Shown here piece by piece: positions 53,100 to 64,000 of a stretch of DNA of 64,000 nt (position 1 is its first letter; every line of letters begins with the position of its first letter). Made by a program: the position numbers and the translations under genes. The stretch comes from Phyllobates terribilis. Lineage: Eukaryota. The stretch is from positions 166,842,001 to 166,906,000 of the forward strand of contig NW_027362764.1 in NCBI RefSeq assembly GCF_046119375.1. Direction: 5' to 3'. A model generated the notes under the pieces. That model saw nothing but the letters and a program-made list of their open reading frames with translations. It searched no databases and was not told the origin of the DNA.

Positions 53100-54542
53100 T
53101 GTATAAAAAAATAGGAGAAAACGAGAGAAGTGTTTGTTCCTTACTTTAGGCATGTAATTATCTGGGGGCCTGTGAAATGTAACAGGGATACTGAGGCAGA
53201 CACTTTAAGACACTGCCCCTTCTGTTTCTCTTTTCATCTCACTGCCAAGCAATAAAATCTGCTTAAACCATTAAATCTGAGGTGCAGCAGCCATTTTGAA
53301 CACGAGATAATAGCGTTCGAATATTTCTAGAATTCTTATTCTAATACAATGAAATCTTGAAACGGAAATACACACAGCAGAGTGTTGTTCACACCATGCG
53401 CCAGTAGTGGTTAAATTAAATACTAAACACATTTCATGAGGAATATTCAAAGAAATTAGTGCAGCATTAAATAACATAATTGACGACATACAGGCAGGTG
53501 CTCAGTCCTTATGATAAATAGTAATAATTCTGAAGCCAAAATGGCTATTTAATATTCTTCAGATTTTTTGGACACAAGTTGTTGGTTTGTAACTAATACA
53601 CTTACAGTGAGCAACCATATAGTAAATGCGCAATACTCTCAGAATAATCGCCATTACTACCTATTATATTAGCCAAAGTATACCCAAATTTCATACATAT
53701 AAAGAATGATCCTTGTATATTTTGCCTATAGAAATATATATATTTTGTTTTAGATACGCAGTCATATTATGATTTCGTGATTACAGACGTATATGCCATC
53801 AACCGCCACAGAGTGGCAGCACTGAGACCTCATACTCTGAAAATCCACCTCTCGACGCAGCCCAGCACATAATGCACTGTAATGCAAATTTTATACTTCA
53901 TCAACAGACAACGCAGAGTAAAGTCAGCCAAACATTACCCTTAATTAATTTATCAAGAACAATGGGAAATCAAAGCATCTCGAGATTTCTTTTTCACTTA
54001 TAAGCCAAACGAAAACAACAGAACTTTTTCCTGAATTACAATCGATGAGTTTTTGCATCCACAGTTTTTCTACAGTTTTTCCTGCCATAAACTACAGTTT
54101 ATGACCCATCATCTATTATCTTTGTAAAAGTTTACATTATCGCGCTCTCTATGGCTTTAAACATTCTACAAACCTAAAAACTGCATATGCGTCAATATGG
54201 AAAAATGCAGAGTTACAATGTGTTAATGTTATTTTTTTTTTCTATTTAAAACAGCTGTGTTCATTGTATTATAAATGAATGAATGAATGAAGCAACTTTC
54301 TCATCAGACAGCTATTATAAAATATTTCAATACTGTATTTATAGAGAGACTTTTACATTACAGCCCATATAAATTGCATTATCATGCGGTAATAGTGAGT
54401 ATATTCAGTGATGCTTGTATTTATGAAACATGAGAATATATATATATATATAAACATATATGTGTGTATATATATATACATACACACGTATATTAATATA
54501 TATGTGCGTATATAATAAATATATATGTGTGTATATAATATA

Positions 54543-54594
<52 letters not shown>

Positions 54595-55455
54595 CTGTGT
54601 GTATATGTGGATATATACACCTATATAAATGTGTGTATGTTCTATTTCTATGCACACAATCTATTTACTGCACATCACTATGATTACACCAGGGTGGTAC
54701 CTGATAATATGGCAATATGATGGCATTTGATGTGATGTGATAGAGTTGGCTGTGGAGCAGACAGTAAATAGCTGTAGAGTTTATTTGGACTGGGCAATGG
54801 AGATCACTGCAAGATGTGAGGGGTGCACATTTCTCACCTTTAGGTTCTGGCTCACAGAAGCCCTTGCCACTTTGACAGCTGTCGCCTTGGCTGCACAGGA
54901 GAGGAATTGAGTCCCTTTTGGTGCCAGGAGAAGCAGGAAATTAGCCAGGCTGCAAGTTGAAATTCTGCCACTCTAGTGCTTGGAATTCAGCATGCCACAC
55001 CTTATTACAGGGGAAGGATCCAGCTCTGCCATCCTGGAGCTCAGTTCTGGGTAGCAGCTCCATAAGAACCTCCAGACACCTAGCTGCCTTATACACAGAG
55101 AACCTGGGCTGTGAGCTGGAGATGCAGACAGATCCAGAGCAGGACTGAGCTCAGCTAAAGAATGCAGCTCTATTCTCACAAGGGAAATTATAAAAAAAAC
55201 TACATGTTCACAGTTACCATCCACATGACCAGCAGCGACCAATGGAGGAACCGAGCAACTCATAAACTTGTATTGCAAAGTTGTAAATTTTCATAAACAA
55301 CAACGGATTTATAGCCATTGCCTCATCACTGAGAAGAGGCAGGTCTTACAGAGTCGCCATCTTAACTCTCCAACAGTCTCTGCTCAGCCCCAGCTCTCAT
55401 TACCTACAGGATCTCACTTCTATTCATTACACTATTAGAACAGTATACCAAGGAG

Positions 55456-55495
<40 letters not shown>

Positions 55496-55829
55496 CACAC
55501 TATACACTTTATTATATGTGCGTATATATCAATACACAAACACGCATATGTACATAATGTACATACATATATTTGTCACTTATCTTTCTAATATTTTAGC
55601 CTTACGAATACATATTTATATAAAAGCACTCATACACACATAATAAAGTGTATGATGTGTAAATGTCTATACATATATATTTCTAACTATATATTATGTA
55701 TATATAACTACATACACAAACATAAATATATATATTTGCATATGTATACATGCAGATAGTTTTTGAAGACATACATACACATGTATACGCATATATACAA
55801 ACATATACACACATATACATATATATTTT

Positions 55830-55885
55830 TCGTATGTATACATGTAAGTAAATTGTGACTATACACACATATATATACACACACA

Positions 55886-55930
<45 letters not shown>

Positions 55931-56201
55931 TTTGCGTATGTATACATGTAGGTAGATTGTGACTGTACACATATACTCACACATATATATATATTTCGTA
56001 TGTATAACATATAGGTAGATTGTAACTATGCACACACACACATATATATATCTAAATACACATATATGTATTTTATTATTTATTTGCGTATACATACATG
56101 TAGGTAGATTTGGACTATACACACACACACACACATATATATATATAAATACATTTTTTATTTTTTGTGTGTATGCATACATGTAGGTAGATTTGGACTA
56201 T

Positions 56202-56265
<64 letters not shown>

Positions 56266-56405
56266 TTTTTATTTTTTTGTGTGTATGTATACATGTAGGT
56301 CGATTGTGACTGCACAAACATATATGCTTACAGATATACACATGCACATATATATTTTTTATATATATGCGCATATGTATACATGTAGGAAGATTGTGAC
56401 TTCCA
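55830..56405. repeat. Array of seven ~20-bp cores (CATGTAGGTAGATTGTGACT) separated by variable CA/TA spacers
   Basis: Cores near 55840, 55945, 56008, 56097, 56180, 56291 and 56381. Confidence 0.85.
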
Positions 56406-57067
56406 CACATGTGCAAATATATGGATTTTACACACATAAACAGTATGTGTAAATATATGTATGTTTTCATATATTATTTTTTCACTCTTTATCTTACCAT
56501 GCTCAGAGATATAACAGGGAACATACCTTGAACAAACACGTTTTTTATTGGTAACAAAAGAAAATATATTACGCAAGAACAATATATTTTTAACATTTTT
56601 TCTTTTACATATTTATTTGTATTTGTACAGAACTAAGTTTAAAACACTCACAATAACACTGATCACACAAAGACGTGCAAACCGCTAGATTTAGATTTTT
56701 TTCATGAGTTGATTTTTTTTTATTACACAAATACACCATGCCATAGATATGACCAAATGTTACCAAAGTAAATCTAGGAACACTGCATATGACAAAGAAA
56801 CACAGCACATCAATACAAATCCCTGGAATAGAAACAATGTGGTCACTTCAAATATCATTGCACAGAAATGAGACAGACTACTCTGCTAGGAGGAGGACCG
56901 CCGACAAGATCAATGCTATTGTGTTTTTAGGGATGCTTTTTTTGTCTTTTTTTTATGCTACCGTTTTGTGGGGGTTTGGATATATAGTGAGAGCACCCAG
57001 TGATCAGTTCACATCCCTGTGCAGATTTTCCGGCTGCAGTACAGGTAATAAGTAGCAGAGCTTGCTG

Positions 57068-57202
57068 TAGGTAGTATTGGAATAGGTAGTAGAAGGTAAA
57101 GATGGTGGCTGCTCTGCTGAGTATTGGTGGAAGAATTCCTTATGTGTAATGACTAGGTAGTAGCGACTAATGCACTTGCACAGCGCATTATAATTAGGTA
57201 GT
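57068..57202 (-). promoter_or_regulatory. Four miR-196 8-mer seed sites in the HoxA7 3' UTR
   Basis: Plus-strand TAGGTAGT (mRNA ACTACCTA) at 57068, 57083, 57154 and 57195, between the stop (57404) and a candidate AATAAA (56544-56549). Confidence 0.85.
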
Positions 57203-57403
57203 ACATACATATATATATTCACATTATAGTCATGACTGTGAAATTAATGTATTCTTAAATAATAAAATCACATATTTATTTCTGTCTCCCCCTGCAGGCT
57301 GCAGCCCTGTGCTGAAGACTCAGAATATGATCTGCCTGAAAAATAATAAGACAAATAAATACACAATAATGGTTTCCAGTCCATGTTACTGTTCCGGCAC
57401 TAT

Positions 57404-57712
<309 letters not shown>

Positions 57713-57938
57713 TTACACACAAATTGTGCTGGAAGTTAGTCATGGGGGCTCGTCATTACACAATATCCCTGTGAGCATTACACCATGAAGGCCTAGGCTC
57801 CTGCTAGTTTTATTAAAGCTTAATTAAATATTGTTTCTTTAGAACATTAACTGAATAAATGATTTTGAGACACATAGAATATTTATATAATATCTAGATT
57901 CATCTGTTATCTATCTATAATCAACTATCTATCATTAT

Positions 57939-57996
<58 letters not shown>

Positions 57997-58333
57997 CTGA
58001 CTGTTATACTTTGTAATGAGGTTCTATGGCCTGTACATTCGACTCAGAATTTTCCCTTGTAAATAAAAAAATAGATAAAAAATGTCTCTTTTATTGCTTG
58101 CACTGCAAACACAAAACTCAAATGTCTATTCTATGTTTGTTTATATATTTTCTATATTAATTTATACATGTATCAATCCAGTTAATAGGTATTTATTCTC
58201 TGTATGGAAAACAAAAAGCAACTGCAATTTCTGAGCCATAGACGCCTGCAATGTAAAGTGACACCTATAAACAGCAGTATTATGAGTTAATGGGGGGCAT
58301 TGGGGGGGGGGGGGTACAGAGAGTTACCCATAC

Positions 58334-58718
58334 CTGAAGATCTCATCCATGGGTATATGCGGAAATGACTGTCACTCTGAGGGTGTAAGGTAGACTCCTC
58401 CGCCTTGTCACAGTTGGCTTTGCCCAGGTCATTGCAGAGAAGCGGAATGTTCTGATCAAAGGTGGAGCAATGGAGGTTATAGGCTTCTGTGCTCAGGCCG
58501 TATCCGGGGAAAGGGGTCTGGTACAGCGCACTGTTCACATTGTACAGCCCGGGCATGGATGGGGCGGCTGCTGTAGCTGGGAATGCCCCCGTGCTGGCTC
58601 CATAGCTGCTTCTCTGGGAATTAGTAAAGGAACACGAAGTGGCCTCTGTGTTTTGGAAGAGAGAAGCCCCAGTCGTATACTTGCTGAACAGAGCATTCAC
58701 ATAATAGGAAGAAGTCAT
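58334..58718 (-). CDS. HOXA7: HoxA7 exon 1
   Basis: MTSSYYVNALFSKYTTGASLFQN...FRIYPWMRSS, GT donor at 58333-58332. 385 bp; the spliced protein is 228 aa. Confidence 0.96.
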
Positions 58719-58739
58719 ATTCTTCACCTGTGATTTGTG

Positions 58740-58900
58740 GTCCGGGTGGCTCCAGTGTCGGTTTTACGAGGTAGCTTGATATATGGAAACATTAAGCCCC
58801 CAGATTTACACAAAACCCCATTTTCTTGTGCACTGAGCTTCCCCCTGCACGTGATCTGCGACCATCTGACTCTCGCATCCAATCTGATCCTGCTTTACAG
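58740..58900 (-). promoter_or_regulatory. HoxA7 5' leader and proximal promoter
   Basis: CCTCGTAAAACCGACAC (minus strand, 58755-58771) and an E-box CACGTG near 58848. Confidence 0.5.
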
Positions 58901-60239
58901 GTGGGAGCGATCTGTGTGCAATGCAGGAACAACACCCATTCTCCTGTGTAACCATCATAATATCCCCAGAATGTGTATTAATAATCCGACACCCCCTCAA
59001 AAAAATCATAACCCACATAACCAAGTTATCAGCAGCTTTATCAATGTCTCCCAGATATTTATTCACAAAGTAAACACAACTATGTATCTCATTTAAGTTA
59101 GTAAGGACTGAATGATTTAAATGGTTAATGTCCAAAACGAATACAATTTAAAATAATGTTTTTAATAAATACATGGAATTATTATTAATATGTTAGTTGT
59201 TATTATTTGGTGTGTTTTTTTTTTTTTTTAAACACACACACATATATACATATATAAAAATAATAGCTATAATATTAAAATTAATTCCATATATATAAAG
59301 AGAGAGAGAGAGTGAGATGACTAATTGACTATATATATGTATATATATATGTGTATATATAAGTATAGATACCACTATACATGTATGTGACAACAACCAA
59401 CAGATAATTGAAAAATTGATCACTTAAGTATGCAGAATTTACAAAAAGAATATTTGCATTCATGGTCCCCTTATATAAGAGTGTGTGACAAATGAACATG
59501 ACACACATTAAATAAATACTGTTAACATTTTTTTATTTACCAGGCCAAATTAAATACAATCAAAGCCAAGGTAACATTTTTAATAATAATTACCAGGAAA
59601 CTTTGTCATTAATTCTGGATAATATTTAAGTGAGGGAAATATATAAATATATGGGTCTGTTATTGATTAAATGTGGGTCTAATATTATCATGAGTAATTT
59701 CAGTTGATCAGACACTGTCAGTTTACCTGAGCACGAAGTGGAGGCGATTTCAGATGAATTGTTCTGTATGATCCATAAAGAAGTTGTACAGACAAGAATT
59801 AATACACACATCCATTGGAAGTAAATGAAAGCACGTTCTTGTGGTCAGGCGCCGGATGAAGTGACTCCTGGTGCTGGGCAGATCTCTGCTCCACACATAC
59901 AGGTTTTACAGCCTTTATATTGCACATCATAAACTTGAAACATTCAATGGGAATGGCTGCTCCGGAAATTCTACCTTAAAAAGATACAGCTCTGCTCATC
60001 TGTTCTACAAAGGGATCCCAGGCTCTGATCTCTGCTTTCCCAGCATATTTCCACGGATTGTATACATTGTTTACTAGTAAATATCGTATGGACAACACAT
60101 TGAGCTTTTTCCTTTCATATGTGCGAGTGTTAGCATACTACTACGACTAATATTACTGCTACAAATACTAATATTACTACTACAAATAATAATAATAATA
60201 ATAATGCTCTCATTTACACTCCTTCAAAATAAAACAAAA

Positions 60240-60298
<59 letters not shown>

Positions 60299-61194
60299 AA
60301 ATATATACATACATAAATATATCATAAAATATAAATAGTTGTAAATATTATATGTAATTATTATAACATATTTACAAATATTTTGATAGGGAGATAAATA
60401 AATACGTACAAGCTTCACCTAGTAGATACCTCGTGGAGGCCCAGGAAAAGTGCAAAGAAATATGATAGTATAAATGAGAGGCTGGGGCCTCTCTATTTTT
60501 TTTTTAATTATTATTATTATTTGTCCACGTTGTACTATATGTAATATTTCAAAACATCAATAGTTAGTTCACTTCTAACTGGAGATAGATAGATATATAT
60601 TTTTTTTACTTAATATTAAAAGCTACAAATATTTTTCCTCTTATGTGAGAAAAAAAGCAAAAAAAAAAAAGCAAATGCCTGCTAGAAATAACAAAATAAA
60701 ATATGTAATAATGAAATATGTTAAAAATATAAATATATTTATGAGAGAAAAAAATCTAACATCTAACAATATCATACAAATGCCACTCGTCTGATTAAAT
60801 ATTTATATTTTGTCCTCCTAATTGTATCAATTTATTAAATCTGCAGCAGCTACATAAGAAAAGATTAACTGTTTAAAGCAAGGCCGTGGATTATGAAATA
60901 GATAGATAGAAGTAATGTTACCAGTATGAACACGGCATTAAAAGAAAAATTCGAAATTTTTCTTCTTTAAAATGTGTCCTTAAAAAAAAAACACAGTGAT
61001 ATCACTTAAATACTAAAATGTATTTAGGAAAAAAATTGACAAAATAACAATTTCTTACATTGATTCAATGTAAAAATAACCCGAATAGAATAATATAAAT
61101 ATTACTCCCCCCCCCCCCCCTCTCCCCACCACCACCTCAAGAACAAATGGCAGACCAAGCACAGAAACACAATTCTATTGGTTATGTGGAGCTA

Positions 61195-61213
61195 TGCTGC
61201 CATCTGCTGGTGA
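61195..61213 (-). promoter_or_regulatory. CTCF motif between HoxA7 and HoxA9 (C7|9-equivalent position)
   Basis: TCACCAGCAGATGGCAGCA on the minus strand, a near-consensus CTCF core in the same orientation as the A5|A6 motif. Confidence 0.8.
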
Positions 61214-61683
61214 CATATATTATGTGCAGGTATTTTGAACATTAACCAACTAGTGTCTGTTAAAATGGAGCTGCCAGTTTAGGTCGCTGTATTAAGCATC
61301 CTAAGGTTATTTTGCAAGAAGAACTTGCACAAAGCTAGAGTTTTGAGAGTTACAGAACAATGAAAGACAGTTATTTCCGCTCTTCGCATTATCTCAATCC
61401 GCCAGACAAAACAAATGAAAAGGCTTCTGTAGAAAATCTTAATTGCGGCTGGACAGCTATAAAATCATTAGGAGGCGAATTCCAGACAGTTTGCAGACCA
61501 GCCATATATTACACACGTTTTGTGACCATTCTTTGAAGTTCCTTTCTGTCTGAAACAACAGAGGGCGTCCCAACAGCCCTCTCTCCGGAAAGCCTGCAAT
61601 TATTTCTTCTGCTTCTCTCATTTTTACAAAGAGTCAATTACATTTTTCTCTAACAGCAATATAGAAACAGATGCTGCATCCAC

Positions 61684-61744
<61 letters not shown>

Positions 61745-63823
61745 ATATATACATACATAGATATGAAACAAACAGACCGGTAACAATCTTGGCATGTCAT
61801 CCAGGTTTTGCTGAGAAGCCTGGAGCGGTTTACACTCCATAAATGGTTACAGCAGTAATTTTCTTTTATTGCACTATATGGCCCAGAGTTTTCCTAAACG
61901 ACATCCTCTCCCTCTGTCTGGACTTGTTTCTTGATTTGACTTATTTTACCATCTTTGCTTTCAAACTATGCAATTTCTGTGTGTAAAAAATGCTTTAGAA
62001 ACTGATGTTTAGGCGGAAAATTTCATTCTAAATATTTGAGCACCAAAGGAGCAAATAACAACCCATTATTTTTTTTTTTAAATAGGAGAGTTTAAATGAA
62101 TGGGAAAAAAAAAATAAATAAATGTGTGTGTATGTGATATTTGGTGTGTATATATGTAGGGTGCATGTGTGTGTGTGTATGTGTGGTGTGTGTATATGTG
62201 AATGTGGGTATCTGTATGTGTGTGGCATGTGTGCATATGTGNNNNNNNNNNNNNNNNNNNNNNNNNNNNNNNNNNNNNNNNNNNNNNNNNNNNNNNNNNN
62301 NNNNNNNNNNNNNNNNNNNNNNNNNNNNNNNNNNNNNNNNNNNNNNNNNNNNNNNNNNNNNNNNNNNNNNNNNNNNNNNNNNNNNNNNNNNNNNNNNNNN
62401 NNNNTATTTTGTAAACCCAATCTATATTTAAGATAAGTTAAATATAATAAGTTATTATTTAAACAATTAATTAAGAAGAATTAATAATCTTAATTTTCTG
62501 AGAAAAATATATAGAGTGGAAGGTATGCTGATATGTCAGAATTAAATGCGGAAAACAAATGTTTATTTTGTGCATCATCTTAATTCCAGTAAAGTTTACT
62601 GAAAATCACATGGAAACCACAAATAACACAACCTAACCACTCAATATATGTGTCTCTGTGCATGTACATACATGTATATATATACACACACACATACACA
62701 CGTATATCCATAATCAGACATAATAACAGATACAGATTATAGATTTCAAATGGGAGAAAAAAATAATAGTGATATAATGTTCTTTTTTTTTTTTTAACCA
62801 GGAACATAAAATGCCATATCACAACTAACAAAAATATTTTTATTTAAAAAAAAAAAAAAAAACGGAAAAAAAAGATAAATATAATTTCAACACAACAATT
62901 TGGTCAACAGGTCATGAGGTAACTATTTCAAATATATAGTAGGTTCAGCATAAATTATTTGTATTGTTTAGAGATAGAAATATACCCAATGTATTTCTTT
63001 TTTATTTCCTGTGTATAATTTATTATTCTTAATAAATTTTACTTCAATACAGTGAACACGAACATAACACAAGCCATAGGTAGTAAAACCTTCACTCACC
63101 ATATATATATTAATCCACATATATGTAGATCTCCCCCCCCCCCAAAAAAAAATCTCCTGGGCTCCAAAATATTTCAGACCCCCCAACTTCATCCCACCTC
63201 CTGCATATTTCCTTGTGGACGAAAACCCTTATATACATCTCTACAATTCATTAAAAATTGTTGAATACTGTGATTGCCAATAACTGAGGTTAATTTTTTT
63301 CTAAATCAATTGGAGGTGAGTGGACTGGATATAGGGGAATATAATAACATTGCAGGCTGGTACTACAGACCTAGCGTTATATTAAAACAACCTGAGTTCA
63401 ATGTAGTCCTAGTTTTGTACGACATTCAAACACATAAATCAGGTCACAACTAAAATAAAACACATAATTCAAGTATAGCAGCAGAGGCTCCCGCTGCCCA
63501 GAGAACACATAATAAAATAATAATAATTAGAATAAACCCTACATTTTTTAGATCTAGTCTGTACAGTCAGTATATAGTTGTGCACAATGGTAAGGTAGTT
63601 TACTTGTAGAGCAGAGCAGGTAGATTACTTGTATCCCAGCCCACTTCTAATGCCCCTTTGTGTTGTTCATAAAATAATTTAAGAAATTAAGTACCTCTTG
63701 GATAGCTCTGGTTAACCAAGGCTGTGGCGGTACTTGATTTGTTAGCATGATATACAGGAGGGAGAAACACATGAGGCCTCAATACAGTAGCATCCTATTG
63801 TTTGTGGCTCCATTTTATAGGAT

Positions 63824-64000
63824 TCAATCGTCCTTTGATCGATCCTTATTAATTTTTTTCATTTTCATTCTTCTGTTTTGGAACCAAATTTTAACTTGTC
63901 TCTCCGTGAGGTTGAGCTGCCTGGCCACCTCATACCTCCTGTCCCGGGTAAGATACATGTTAAATAAAAACTCCTTCTCAAGTTCCAGTGTTTGATGCTT
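63824..64000 (-). CDS. HOXA9: HoxA9 exon 2, 3' part (truncated by the window end)
   Basis: [58 protein letters not shown], stop TGA at 63824-63826. Group-9 homeodomain in HoxA synteny. Confidence 0.93.
   Translation of the reverse strand, partial: KHQTLELEKEFLFNMYLTRDRRYEVARQLNLTERQVKIWFQNRRMKMKKINKDRSKDD

Noticed and set aside
55830-56405. CRISPR-like repeat-spacer array
   Set aside because: The locus is vertebrate, the spacers are related microsatellites of variable length, and there are no cas genes. It is a degenerate tandem repeat.
58900-63800. Hox8 gene or remnant between HoxA7 and HoxA9
   Set aside because: No homeobox-like sequence was seen, consistent with the known absence of HoxA8.

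Overview
Vertebrate HoxA cluster segment on the minus strand. It contains complete two-exon genes HoxA2, A3, A4, A5, A6 and A7, plus the 3' part of HoxA9 exon 2 at the window end. All six complete genes have GT-AG junctions that join in frame, hexapeptide motifs and intact homeodomains. No HoxA1 and no group-8 gene are visible. The taxon is probably a frog (inferred from the tetrapod gene complement, AT-rich spacers, abundant (TA)n/(GATA)n and repeat types). The HoxA1-facing edge (1.3-6.0 kb) is a transposon nest: two defective DD38E (Intruder-type) Tc1 copies, a deleted DD34E Tc1, a mariner-like 3' fragment and an L2-like tail. The cluster core carries only small relics (a MITE, a CR1 tail, a 215-bp palindrome) and many microsatellites. 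Recognisable regulatory motifs: two DR5 RAREs, two strong CTCF motifs (A5|A6 and A7|A9), a Krox20/BoxA-like module upstream of HoxA2, a miR-10 seed site in the HoxA3 3' UTR, and miR-196 seed sites in the A5, A7 (four 8-mers) and A9 3' UTRs. Most unusual observations: a 30-bp inversion that flips the transposase start codon in one Tc1 copy, TIRs that include the transposase 3' end, a palindrome with a hammerhead-like fold, and a repeat array downstream of HoxA7 that carries miR-196 seed complements. Fourteen short N-gaps limit what can be seen, including the HoxA5 core promoter. No databases were searched; comparisons to other species are from recall.
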